A stretch of DNA of 64,000 nt. Source: Candidatus Olsenella pullistercoris (lineage in GTDB: Bacteria > Actinomycetota > Coriobacteriia > Coriobacteriales > Atopobiaceae). Where the stretch lies: the NCBI GenBank assembly GCA_019116525.1, contig DXBM01000036.1, positions 8,386 to 72,385 on the forward strand, given 5' to 3'. The notes under the pieces were generated by a model. That model was not told the origin of the DNA, ran no database searches, and was given only the letters and a program-made list of their open reading frames with translations. Of this stretch, positions 11,401 through 19,590 are shown in pieces (position 1 is the first letter of the stretch; each line of letters starts with the position of its first letter). A program made the position numbers and the translations under genes.

Positions 11401-11701
11401 CCGGGTCACCGTGGTACAGGTCGATCAGGTCGAGGAGACGATCACCCTCGCTTGACCGCAGCGCGTCCATGAGCTTCTTCTCGTCCTGCTCGGTGACATC
11501 AAGAAACGTAACGCAGCCGAGCCTCGTAAGAACGCGGCGCGTCGCTGCGGAGAAGTCGAGGTCATCCACACGTCTCGCCGCAGCGGCCCTCTGGGCGAGC
11601 TCGAGGGCGCCAGCGCGATCGCCCTCCCTTGCGTCCGCGCGTGATTGGTCGACCGCCTCCGCCTTGTTCTTCGAGGTGCTGCTAATCATCGGTAGGCCCA
11701 T
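8453..11701 (-). CDS. Large partner of the DUF1998 helicase (DruH-like), N-terminal RNAP alpha-CTD-like motif
   Basis: 1082 aa, ATGA overlap with the helicase. Contains YYINTMLLHSGL; N-terminal VDDLDFSAATRRVLTRLGCVTFLDV resembles alpha-CTD. Start codon uncertain. Confidence 0.6.
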   Translation of the reverse strand: MGLPMISSTSKNKAEAVDQSRADAREGDRAGALELAQRAAAARRVDDLDFSAATRRVLTRLGCVTFLDVTEQDEKKLMDALRSSEGDRLLDLIDLYHGDPESFVRRFGAPRARVSQSHPMPAAWTSASGEPTGTRTGAHRVPSRGPSVASTYRSRSATYQVLPRDELGTRLYDFERRAVSALRLLEDHSREALVMEAFPSLGVGLEQAERDVKTLISDYGYGQAVALDVLSQCAPDALLVVCAHLTQEVYTGRSLWPELFGKIGLTNPNLQGVLKGLLLERIQEHGFPVYTSDDESQYYINTMLLHSGLSASVWKPLWRDLLIPVARATRANGLVEGVIPNGEGLLHLSRDDESRFRVSGTRLQKMLRHVPARMIAPVLETAFGTARQVVEYDGSGLVSPVRRDKTMVLSGGELPETAIGGLAEALAEHTAPDDRRSRPSRGGGASVVYLPEPELRLDLSNVEKPLCLHWNDVRLPRALAGDRVDYYINHELAGSSRVVDNVSSALIESIELRVSTSSYFDIEVKLVEEAEGPASEGAPDVREREVAARSSSFRHTRPSVFEFLRGSDGVWRLRKRLTSLERRSRIAYLMAPGFALSPQGGMELVNRERIGDLALEIYDVSPGGSADLLDGHSEKVSSWSESFVVEFEKPFRIGRNERGSDVFPYLTRDGFGNTALPTVAVRSMGVGVNARDLEVRCLCDGRRVSISRSYPFAGDGDGAPSSVMLQLSKSSIPLFVADGLLVVKQRSTDRALLRYRFSVVPVRSFGLLTLGTMLGRVSATYRLETVVPVELERGGRPVYNSGGNAFDFSAPLSDASTDLSLRLLAERGDSDEPETCPRPELVAEGPALRVRLFLAAVVVDLGATGTAASERPLSLADVVRRDCCDGRVEIVYEKTRPHRGAFALFGQRPVHYYADDHPAQFRLDLFDQADAFIPSTAPEHDEQTALELTVTYGFDWRAGKVQRMTARIVPLVALRGFGLGGIRLESDGDDVLVRFERPAGREFACRLVNRRGEDLLDGQLTLGERQSEMRLPTKIGALLRRGHQVWLLLAVRRRLWGPDFERAQRVDLRALYDRQTGEGSHA

Positions 11702-11853
11702 CTAGAGCGAGGTCGCCCAGCCGTAGGTTGGCGACTCCCGGATTGTTAGGTGACTAGGTCAATCATATTCATAGGGAGCCGCACATGTTGAATCAACGTC
11801 GCAAACGGCGGAGCGGGTGCCGCCGAGCAACCTGCCACGATTCCCCGATTGGC

Positions 11854-12063
11854 TCAGTCCCTGACCTCGATGTCGCCGACGATGTCGCGCAGGTATGCGG
11901 GCAGGGTGTCGAAGCGCTGCCCATAGAGGTCGAGCAGGCGCTCCACGCGGGCGCGGTCCACGGGCGCGCGCAGGCTCTCGTCGCGCAGGGCCCGCGCCTC
12001 GCCGGCGAACTGCTCCTCGGCGAGGCTTCCCCATGCGGCCCAGTCGGGCAGGTTGCCGATCAT
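11854..12063 (-). CDS. 69-aa hypothetical protein (copy 1)
   Basis: MIGNLPDWAAWGSLAEEQ...; paralog at 28776-28985; GGAG upstream. Confidence 0.75.
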   Translation of the reverse strand: MIGNLPDWAAWGSLAEEQFAGEARALRDESLRAPVDRARVERLLDLYGQRFDTLPAYLRDIVGDIEVRD

Positions 12064-12100
12064 CGCACGGTCTCCGTTCTTCTCGCCGCCGTGCTTTTCG

Positions 12101-12379
12101 CTAACAATAGAAACGAGCTGACCCGAAGTAGGACTTCCAGAGATCAACGATCTCGGAGCTGCGCGCCTCGATGATGCGCATGATGTTTCGAAGCGTCTTC
12201 GGCGGAATCTTCGAGTTGTTGTTGCACAGATACGCCTTGCCAGCTCTCGTTATCCACACCTTGGTCGCATTGGCTGCCGGCGCGCCCTCGGCAACATGGA
12301 CGTGCACGGGTTCGAGCGGATCGCTCTCGTTTGCCCAGAAATAGACCCAGTAGGGGCCAATCCTAAAAACCTGAGGCAT
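12101..12379 (-). CDS. DUF4160 family protein (putative TA component, copy 1)
   Basis: MPQVFRIGPYWVYFWANESDPLEPVHVHV signature. Confidence 0.8.
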   Translation of the reverse strand: MPQVFRIGPYWVYFWANESDPLEPVHVHVAEGAPAANATKVWITRAGKAYLCNNNSKIPPKTLRNIMRIIEARSSEIVDLWKSYFGSARFYC

Positions 12380-12632
12380 GCTCGAACCCCCCGTCGGCGG
12401 CGAATTCGAGGATGAGGTTCGCCGTGGAGGAGACGACGTCCTGGAGATGAGCGAGCTCCTCGTCAGAGAAGCCGTACGCGTCCTCCCACGCATAGTCGGG
12501 GAGGTAACACGTCACGTGGTGAAAGCCGTCCTTGGCGTCGGGTTTCTCCATGTAGACCTTCACCCGGCCGTCGTCGAGCGTCTCGGAGTGCACGATCTCC
12601 GTGCCGTCGCTCAAGGTCATGAACGGATACAT
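12363..12632 (-). CDS. 89-aa acidic protein, putative partner/antitoxin of DUF4160 (copy 1)
   Basis: MYPFMTLSDGTEIVHSE...; GGAGG RBS; 3' end overlaps the DUF4160 start. Confidence 0.75.
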   Translation of the reverse strand: MYPFMTLSDGTEIVHSETLDDGRVKVYMEKPDAKDGFHHVTCYLPDYAWEDAYGFSDEELAHLQDVVSSTANLILEFAADGGFEHASGF

Positions 12633-12665
12633 CACGTGAACCACCTCCCCGCAGACGTCATCTGG

Positions 12666-12681
12666 GATTGTATACCCAAGG
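12666..12681 (-). promoter_or_regulatory. Putative sigma70 -10 element (GGGTATACAAT) for the small-gene trio
   Basis: Conserved in both repeat copies (also 29574-29589) although the surrounding intergenic DNA has diverged. Confidence 0.5.
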
Positions 12682-12760
12682 GTCGCGGATCGTGATATCG
12701 TGCCGCGGCCCCGCCACTGGGCCCCGTCCTTCTCGTGCCGCGCTTCTCGCCAGTTCAACA

Positions 12761-12828
12761 ACCCGCAAAACTTGATTTCATAATCATATATTTGCAGGAA
12801 AAAAACGCGGTTGTCAGATTTTGCGGGT
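12761..12828. repeat. AT-rich inverted repeat ACCCGCAAAACTTGA...TCAGATTTTGCGGGT inside a ~170-bp segment unique to copy 1
   Basis: 15-bp arms with 2 mismatches; segment absent from the same position in copy 2. Confidence 0.65.
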
Positions 12829-12856
12829 ATCTGGCCGGCACGGGACGACGACGCCC

Positions 12857-14305
12857 CTACAGCACGCCGTCGAGGTCGCCGCGGTCGCGGGCGAGCTCCA
12901 GCAGGTGCTTGAAGACGCGGTCGCCGTGCAGACCGTCGTGCTCGAACTCGTTGGTGACCCAAGCATGGCTCGCGCCCACGCGGGCGAGCGTGTCGAGCTG
13001 CAGGCCCGAGTCAACGTAGAGATCATCGAAGTAGACAGCCGCCGTAAGCGGCGTCTCGTTTGCCGCAAGCTGCGCCTCGTCGTAGAGCCGTCCGAAGCTC
13101 GTGTCGCGCATGAGGACGTCCATCGCGCCCGAAAACGGCGCGAGCTCCGGCATCTGGTCGAACATCCACGGGAAGCACGCCTCGCCCGTGAGCATGAGCG
13201 GCCGCGCGTCCGTCGCAAATTCCGGGCGCGAGAGCCATGCGCGCTCCGCCGCCCACGCAATCGGACGCGCCAGCTCGCCGTCGGCATAGATGAGCTCCTG
13301 CAGCACCCAGTAGAGGGGGTTGGCGCGCACGTTGGTGGTCTCCCACGCCCCGGCGAGAAACGCGTCGGACACCGCGACGGCCGCCGCGTTGCCGCCCGCC
13401 GCGGCAAGCGTCGCGTCCGCTGATCCGTCACCGGCAACGAAGGCCAGGTCAAGCAGGTTGTGCAGCCGCTCGTGCCCCGGCTTCATGCCGAGCCCCTGCC
13501 CCAGCGCCTGCAGGCGGCGCACCGTCATTGGCGAGCCGTCCGGCAGCGCGAGCGCCGGGCCCGCCGCCAGACGGTCGGCCAGCAGCGCCACGCGCTTCTC
13601 GTCCTCGGGGTAGCGCTCGTAGAGCAGGTTCGTCTTGGCCACCATGCGGCCGAACGTGCGGCCGTAGACCTCGTCGGCGCTCGCCGGCACGTGCGGGATG
13701 CCGCCGCAGGTGAAGCTCGCGCGCGCCGCGCCCGGGAACGTGGAGAGGTACGTGAGGGTGAGGAAGCCGCCGTAGCTCTGGCCGAGCGTCACCCAGCGCG
13801 CGCCGCCGAGCTCGCTGAGGCGCAGGTACTCGAAGTCGCGCACAATCGAGTCGGCCAGGAAGCGCTTGAGGAGGCGGGCCTGCGCCGCGGCGTCGCCCTC
13901 GCGCGCGATCGTGGTCGCGTCCACGCGGCCCGAGCGGCCGGTGCCGCGCTGGTCGGGCAGGATCACACGGAAGTGGCGCACCGCCTCCGCGACCCAACCG
14001 TCGCTTGTCGGCGAGGTCAGGCGCGGTCCGGCGCCGCCGGGACCGCCCTGGAGAAAGACCAGGTACGGAAGGTCGCGACCAACGTTCTCCGGCGCGCAGA
14101 GCACCCGGTAGAAGAGCCGCAGGGAGCGGCCCTCAAAGGCCGGGTCGCACCTCTCGGCCGCCGACGCCTCCGCGAACGGTGAGCTCGGGGCACTTGTGGC
14201 GCCCGCCAGCTGTGCGGGAGAGGTGCCCCGCCAGTCGAGCGGAACGTCGATCGCATGGTCCTCCACGGAAAGGCCCGGTAGGTAATAGCTCGACAGAAGC
14301 GACAT
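12857..14305 (-). CDS. Prolyl aminopeptidase-like alpha/beta hydrolase (S33), copy 1
   Basis: FLQGGPG, DQRGTGRS, GQSYGG nucleophile, DDLYV, EHDGL; 482 aa. Confidence 0.85.
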   Translation of the reverse strand: MSLLSSYYLPGLSVEDHAIDVPLDWRGTSPAQLAGATSAPSSPFAEASAAERCDPAFEGRSLRLFYRVLCAPENVGRDLPYLVFLQGGPGGAGPRLTSPTSDGWVAEAVRHFRVILPDQRGTGRSGRVDATTIAREGDAAAQARLLKRFLADSIVRDFEYLRLSELGGARWVTLGQSYGGFLTLTYLSTFPGAARASFTCGGIPHVPASADEVYGRTFGRMVAKTNLLYERYPEDEKRVALLADRLAAGPALALPDGSPMTVRRLQALGQGLGMKPGHERLHNLLDLAFVAGDGSADATLAAAGGNAAAVAVSDAFLAGAWETTNVRANPLYWVLQELIYADGELARPIAWAAERAWLSRPEFATDARPLMLTGEACFPWMFDQMPELAPFSGAMDVLMRDTSFGRLYDEAQLAANETPLTAAVYFDDLYVDSGLQLDTLARVGASHAWVTNEFEHDGLHGDRVFKHLLELARDRGDLDGVL

Positions 14306-14373
14306 GTCTCCCCCTCTTGACACTAGTACGATTGTTGATGTTGCAACTTACCCGGTTTTGAGTTTTTCTCCCC

Positions 14374-15642
14374 GGCGGATTCACACGGTCATTGCACCGT
14401 CCTCCGCTAACGTGCGCGCCAGCTCCTCCGCCGGCGTCCTCCACCCGAGCGTCTTGCGCGGCCTCCCGTTGAGCAGGTCCTGGGCCCTCGCCACGTCCCC
14501 GTCCGAGACGAGCGAGAAGTCCGTCCCCTTGGGGAAGAACTGCCTGAGCAGCCCGTTGGTGTTCTCGTTCGTGCCCCGCTGCCAGGGGCTCCTGGGGTCG
14601 CAGAAGTAGACCTCGAAGCCCGTCGCCTCGGCGAAGGGGCGCCACCGGGCCATCTCGCAGCCCTGGTCCCACGCGAGCGTCCTGCGCAGGGCCGCCGGCA
14701 GCGACGAGACCATCTCGGCGAGCCTCGCGGCCACGGTCTCGGCCGAGTGCTCCTCGAGCCGGGACGCCAGTAGGAAGCGCGACGAGCGCTCCACGAGCGT
14801 CACCAGGCAGGTCCGGCCGTCGGAGGCGACCACGAGGTCGCCCTCCCAGTGCCCCGGCACGGAGCGGTCGTCGGCCTCGGGCGGGCGGAGCGCCAGCTCG
14901 GCCCCCTCGACTCACGTCCTGCGCCCGCGCGGGTCGGCCGGCAGCGAGCGGCGCCTCCTGGACCGCCGGCCGCCCCTGAGGACCAGCTCGACCTCGAGCT
15001 CCTCCCTCAGCGACCCACGGCCCTGGACGTAGAGCGCCCTGTATATGGTCTCGTGGCTCACCCTCATCCCCCCGTCGCCCGGGAAGTCGCGCCGGAGGCT
15101 CGCCGACACCTGCTCCGGCGGCCAGCGCATCGCGAGCCTGCGCACGACCTCGGCCCTGAGGCGGGGGCTGCCCTCCAGCTTGCCCGCCCGCGGCCGCGCC
15201 GCCCTCTCGCGGGCGGCCCGCTCGGCGCGCGCGGCGTCGTAGCGGCCGTCCGGCCCGGCGTTGCGCCTGAGCTCGCGCGACACCGTGGAGTGCGAGACGC
15301 CCAGCTCGCGGGCTATCTCGCGCACGCCGAGGCCGGCGCGCCTCCTGTCGGCGATGAGCGCCCTGCGCTCGGAGTCCAGCCTCGCCCTGGGCGAGGGCCT
15401 CGGCGGCAGGGGTGCCGCCGGAGTCACGGGCCTCGTCACGGGACCCCCATCCTGCCGCGCCGCAGGCGCACGCCCGCGGCCTCGCACCACGTCGCGACCG
15501 CGCGCCGGGAGCACCCGAGCGCGCGGGCGGCCTCCGCGGCGCTCGCCCCGGCCCGGACCGCCTCGACGGCCCGCGCCCTGTCCACCAGACTGTACACGAC
15601 CACCACCTCCAAGTGGTGGTGCAGTGCAAGCTTGAATCCGCC
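14374..15642 (-). mobile_element. IS30-family insertion sequence, decayed
   Basis: Imperfect 25-bp terminal IRs GGCGGATTCA......CAYTGCACC; transposase motifs SHETIY, PGHWEGD, WQRGTNENTNGLLRQFFPKG. Confidence 0.9.
14381..15603 (-). pseudogene. IS30 transposase pseudogene
   Basis: Split into three pieces: frameshift near the G-run at ~15445 and an in-frame TGA at 14912-14914 (RGRRT*VEGAEL). Confidence 0.85.
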
Positions 15643-15864
15643 ACCCAGCCACAAAACTACGGCGCCCTGACGGCACGGCGCTCCATATCGCGTTCATTGT
15701 CCTCCCTTAACGGTCGGGCGCAGGAGACGACCAGTCTTTTTTGGGGAAAACACGGTAGCAGAACAGTTGCGAACGGCTAACGAGCAAGGGCCCTTTTCCT
15801 TCGGGACTCCGCGAAGCCTTTCGGGTAAACTTGCAGCATATAGGTTTGCGAAGGAGGACGGACC

Positions 15865-16602
15865 ATGTGCCAACCCTACTCGAAACTGAAACTCAGGTGC
15901 GCGTTCAAAGCCGACTGGCCTGATTGGGATATCGACGAGGATTCGTTCAGCAGATGGGCCGACCTGGACATCGACTGTCCGCTGCTCGTCACGATGATGA
16001 AGGAACACGAGACTGATCTGATCGAGCGAGGAGACTTTGACCCCGACGAGTGGGGCACGGACGAGACGACGCTCTTCGATGGGGTCCATCTGCATATCGA
16101 CGGCGGGCATATTGTCTACCACCAACCGGATTGGGGCGCGGACATCGAGTTCACCAACGTCCCGAAAACCATCGGTGAAGCGTTCGACAACTTCATCGAC
16201 ACGTTCTGGGAGGAATTTCCCGATACGGATACGGACGAGCTTGAGGAGCTCCTACGTAACGCCAAGGACAAGCTCATCGCGGATACGAACAGCTTCACGT
16301 GGTCGTATGGCGATTGCGCTTGGCAATCGGATGCAGCGTTCTTGAACGAGGAGGACGCCCATGCATATTTCCAGGACACGTTCCAACTCGCCCAGGTTCC
16401 TGCCGAGGACATCGCGGCGTTGCGCACGGCCCTTGCTAAGGTGCGGTCATGCGAGGCCAAGGAGATCGGCGACGAAGAACTCCTGCGCCATATCGAGGAG
16501 AGCTTGGATGAGCGCCACATCGCATTCAGCTACCCCAGTGCTCCGGGCGATACGACCGGTGCCTACGAGTGCTATCTAGAAGTAAGCATCGCGGAGCCGT
16601 AA
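15865..16602 (+). CDS. Highly acidic hypothetical protein (245 aa)
   Basis: AAGGAGG RBS upstream; natural composition; no recognisable motif. Confidence 0.8.
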   Translation: MCQPYSKLKLRCAFKADWPDWDIDEDSFSRWADLDIDCPLLVTMMKEHETDLIERGDFDPDEWGTDETTLFDGVHLHIDGGHIVYHQPDWGADIEFTNVPKTIGEAFDNFIDTFWEEFPDTDTDELEELLRNAKDKLIADTNSFTWSYGDCAWQSDAAFLNEEDAHAYFQDTFQLAQVPAEDIAALRTALAKVRSCEAKEIGDEELLRHIEESLDERHIAFSYPSAPGDTTGAYECYLEVSIAEP

Positions 16603-16609
16603 GCCCGCC

Positions 16610-16798
16610 TTACGCCTCGAAGCGACGCAGGTCCCATCCGCGGCGCTCGGCCTCGCGCAGAAGCTCCTGCGGGTCGGCGTCCTCCAGCGCCGCAACGTCG
16701 ACGATCGCCCAGGGCGACCCCGTGAACGCGGCAGGGCCCGTCTCCTCGATCAGCGCCTCGCGCAGCCGGTCGACGTCGACCAGAATCCTCTCGCCCAT
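16610..16798 (-). CDS. 62-aa hypothetical protein
   Basis: MGERILVDVDRLREAL...; GGAGG RBS. Confidence 0.65.
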   Translation of the reverse strand: MGERILVDVDRLREALIEETGPAAFTGSPWAIVDVAALEDADPQELLREAERRGWDLRRFEA

Positions 16799-16894
16799 GG
16801 CGCCCTCCAACGTTCGACCCGTGCATGCTTCAGGTCGAGCGCGGCCGGCGCAACAGGCGGCCGCGCCCGAACGCAATCCCAATTGCCGCACCGC

Positions 16895-18094
16895 CTACGC
16901 GGTGACCTCCATGGACTTCACGCACTTGATTAGCGAGTCGTCGCTTTTGCCAAAGCCGAAGGCGACAAACAAGTCGAAGCGCGCAAGGAACGCCTCCCGC
17001 ATGGCCTCGAAATCGTCGGCTGCGGCGAAGCCCGTCTGCGCCTCAAGCACGGAGGCAACGAGCAGCAGGTTCATCGCAACCTGCCCGGCAGCGCAACCAA
17101 AAGCATACTTGCGCCCCTTCGAGCCGACGCACCAGCCCTCGTAGGCGGCACCGTCGTCTCGCATGCCTATGAGGCTGGCGAGCACAAGGTCGCAAAGCCT
17201 CTCGAACTCATCGCGCGTCGCCAAGCGGCCGCGCAGCTCGTCGATCAGACCGCGCGGGACGCTGGCGGGCGCGCCCGTGGAGAACGCATGCAGCGCGATC
17301 CGCCCGGCGAAGTCGTGCTTGGCCCTCTCCCGCACGGCATGCTCGTTGTACTCCCCCGGCTCGTCGCCCTTGCCCAGGCAACCGGGCGCAAACTCGATTC
17401 TGACCACGTCGCGACGCCCCTCGCTCCAGGGAAGGTGGGCAACGAACGTTACCGCGCCGGGTTCGGTCTCCACCAAGCGCGTGAGCAGCACAGGCACGCG
17501 GCCGCCGTTGACGCACCGCACTTCCTCGATCTCGTCGCCGGCGGACTCTGTCAGCAGGCGACGCTCGAACTGGACGAGCGCGTCGGGCAGCAGGTCCCCG
17601 GCGAGCTCCGCGAAGCGCTGGAACCCGGCCGCATCGACATCATGGCGCTCGTAGCGGACGCGGAAGTCGTAGTCGCCCTGCGCAACCTGCTCGATCGTGT
17701 GTTTGCGGTCGAACACCACGAAGTCCGCCCTCCCGCCCGGCATCTCGACATCGTAGGCGATCTGCGTGCCGTCCGGAGCGCAGATGCCGCCATCGCGCCC
17801 GACAACCGGACGCTCGTAGTGGTACCGGTGCGGCAAGATCACGCTGTCCGCCGGCGCGAGGCGCTTTGTCTCGATAAGATCCCAGAGATACTCGGCGCGG
17901 TCGAGCGCGAACCCGTTCGAGACGTAGTCCTCGGGCGTCCCCACGCTGGACAGGGCGATTTTCTTGCCCCTGCGCGCCTTCCTCTTGGACCCCGCATGCT
18001 CGGCCTCGTAAGCGTCAAGCAGCTCCTGCTTCGCCCCGTCGAACGCCTGCGCCCGCTCCTCCAAAAGCTCGATCGCGCGCTTGATCGTATCCAT
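16895..18094 (-). CDS. Hypothetical protein (~399 aa)
   Basis: Long ORF, probable start MDTIKRA with GGAAGGGAAG upstream. Confidence 0.75.
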   Translation of the reverse strand: MDTIKRAIELLEERAQAFDGAKQELLDAYEAEHAGSKRKARRGKKIALSSVGTPEDYVSNGFALDRAEYLWDLIETKRLAPADSVILPHRYHYERPVVGRDGGICAPDGTQIAYDVEMPGGRADFVVFDRKHTIEQVAQGDYDFRVRYERHDVDAAGFQRFAELAGDLLPDALVQFERRLLTESAGDEIEEVRCVNGGRVPVLLTRLVETEPGAVTFVAHLPWSEGRRDVVRIEFAPGCLGKGDEPGEYNEHAVRERAKHDFAGRIALHAFSTGAPASVPRGLIDELRGRLATRDEFERLCDLVLASLIGMRDDGAAYEGWCVGSKGRKYAFGCAAGQVAMNLLLVASVLEAQTGFAAADDFEAMREAFLARFDLFVAFGFGKSDDSLIKCVKSMEVTA

Positions 18095-18138
18095 ATCTGC
18101 ACTTCCCTTCCGGAACAACCGTCTTTACCGCCCTGCGC

Positions 18139-18942
18139 CTAATAGCTGCGCGGGACCTCCCTCAGGTCCATCCATTCCGTCGTGGCGACCGACTCTGCCA
18201 GACCCGGCAGGTCGGCCTTCTTGAGCCCGCGCTTGTCAAGCCGCCCGCGCGAGCCCCGGTAGCCCCAGACCTTCACGTGGGGCTCGTGCGGTTCAGTCGG
18301 GTCGGGATCCGCGAGCAGCTCGGCGGGGAGCTCCGCGCCGCCGCCGGCATAGGGAGTAGCGACGCTCAGCAGATCGTAGGTGTACAGGTCGTCGTACCGG
18401 GCATCTGGTTTGTCCCCGTCGCACTGCTCGGCAAGCGCGTCGAAGTACTCGGGGGCGTCCTCGTAATGGCCCAGCGGCCAGCCCGCCGCGACGGCGACGC
18501 CGTAGGAGCCCTCGGGCAAGCGCTGCAGGATACCGGTTATGCGCGCGAGCTTCGGCGCACAGTCGCCCGCGGCGGTGTCGCTGAACTTAAGCACGAGGTT
18601 GCTGCCGTACTGCTCGAGCTTGAAGTGCAGGTCGTGCGGGGGAAGCACGCGATTCACCTTCTTCTTGGCGGCGACCATAGCCTCGAGGTCCTTCTTGCGG
18701 ATCGTCGCGGCCGTCTTCGCGGGGTACAGGTCGGCGACGGCATCGATCACCTGGGCCATATCGTGCACGTTCGCCGTGATGGCGCAGGTCACATGCCAGC
18801 GTCCGAAGTCGACCTTGAGGGTCGTCGCGTCCCAGCTCGTCGCATCCTCGCGCCACTGCACCTCGTCGTCCTCGTTGTACCTCACCTCTATCACGACGTT
18901 GTACTCGATTTCGGTATTCACGCTCATGTTCAGCTTCGGCAT
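18139..18942 (-). CDS. Hypothetical protein (267 aa)
   Basis: GAAGGAG RBS; typical codon use; no recognisable family. Confidence 0.8.
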   Translation of the reverse strand: MPKLNMSVNTEIEYNVVIEVRYNEDDEVQWREDATSWDATTLKVDFGRWHVTCAITANVHDMAQVIDAVADLYPAKTAATIRKKDLEAMVAAKKKVNRVLPPHDLHFKLEQYGSNLVLKFSDTAAGDCAPKLARITGILQRLPEGSYGVAVAAGWPLGHYEDAPEYFDALAEQCDGDKPDARYDDLYTYDLLSVATPYAGGGAELPAELLADPDPTEPHEPHVKVWGYRGSRGRLDKRGLKKADLPGLAESVATTEWMDLREVPRSY

Positions 18943-19194
18943 GCAGGTCTCCTTCCGCCCAAGTCCGCGCCTCGGCGAAGCGCGGTCGCCGATTAGAACG
19001 TAGCAGGTCGTTGGGACAAAACGCTGCGCAACACGGCAAGCGACGCATCACTCGCATGGCAGTTCGCCATCCAGTTTCGCCCTTATCGCCTCGTTAAAAC
19101 AGTCGAGAGGAGATTTTCCAACTCCTAGGCCTGCGCAGCATAGAAACTTCCGACAGTCGATCCTGTCAATGTGCCAATACAACCCATAATGTCG

Positions 19195-19590
19195 CTAACG
19201 AATTCCTTTTTTTCTCTTCTCGCAGGCGGTCATACCTTTACCTGTAACAACATAGCCGCTCGACGTGACGCCATCGTTTACCACCTCGGAGCGCGTGATG
19301 TACTTAAGGTCAATCGCTATGCCCAGAGCCGTAGAAAACTGGAGCTTGTTAGCCAGCAATACCTCTTCATCAAAATACTGTGACCAGTTCGCCGCCCTCG
19401 TGATATCCCATACAATATCCTGAATGGTCCTATTCATCTTTTGCCTGGTGTAGTACTCAATCATAGCGTTTTCTGGAATCGCCCAATCACCAGCAACGAA
19501 CCTTGCGCCGCGAACCCTCCCCTTCTTGAGAAGCTTGCGCAGCTCGCTGGGTCGCATCCCATAGCGCTTTGCATGTTCTTCTGGAGTCAT
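19195..19590 (-). CDS. Small HTH DNA-binding protein (excisionase/HTH_17-like N-terminus), lower GC
   Basis: MTPEEHAKRYGMRPSELRKLLKKGRVRGARFVAGDWAIP pattern; ATG directly follows the res stop codon. Confidence 0.7.
   Translation of the reverse strand: MTPEEHAKRYGMRPSELRKLLKKGRVRGARFVAGDWAIPENAMIEYYTRQKMNRTIQDIVWDITRAANWSQYFDEEVLLANKLQFSTALGIAIDLKYITRSEVVNDGVTSSGYVVTGKGMTACEKRKKGIR

Larger units (their letters stand above)
11854..14305 (-). repeat. Copy 1 of the diverged four-gene direct repeat (peptidase, 89-aa, DUF4160, 69-aa)
   Basis: Gene-for-gene paralogy with 28776-31041; all four proteins have identical lengths in both copies. Confidence 0.95.

Noticed and set aside
14326-14348. GATGTTGCAAC upstream of peptidase copy 1 as a remnant of the TTGTGAGCAA family
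   Set aside because: Only ~8 matching bases and no partner arm; the same applies to partial matches at 28640 and 44391.
14912-15697. 261-aa ORF starting outside the IS with a good RBS
   Set aside because: Read-through from a short flanking ORF into the middle transposase frame, ending at the nonsense codon; unlikely to be a functional gene.
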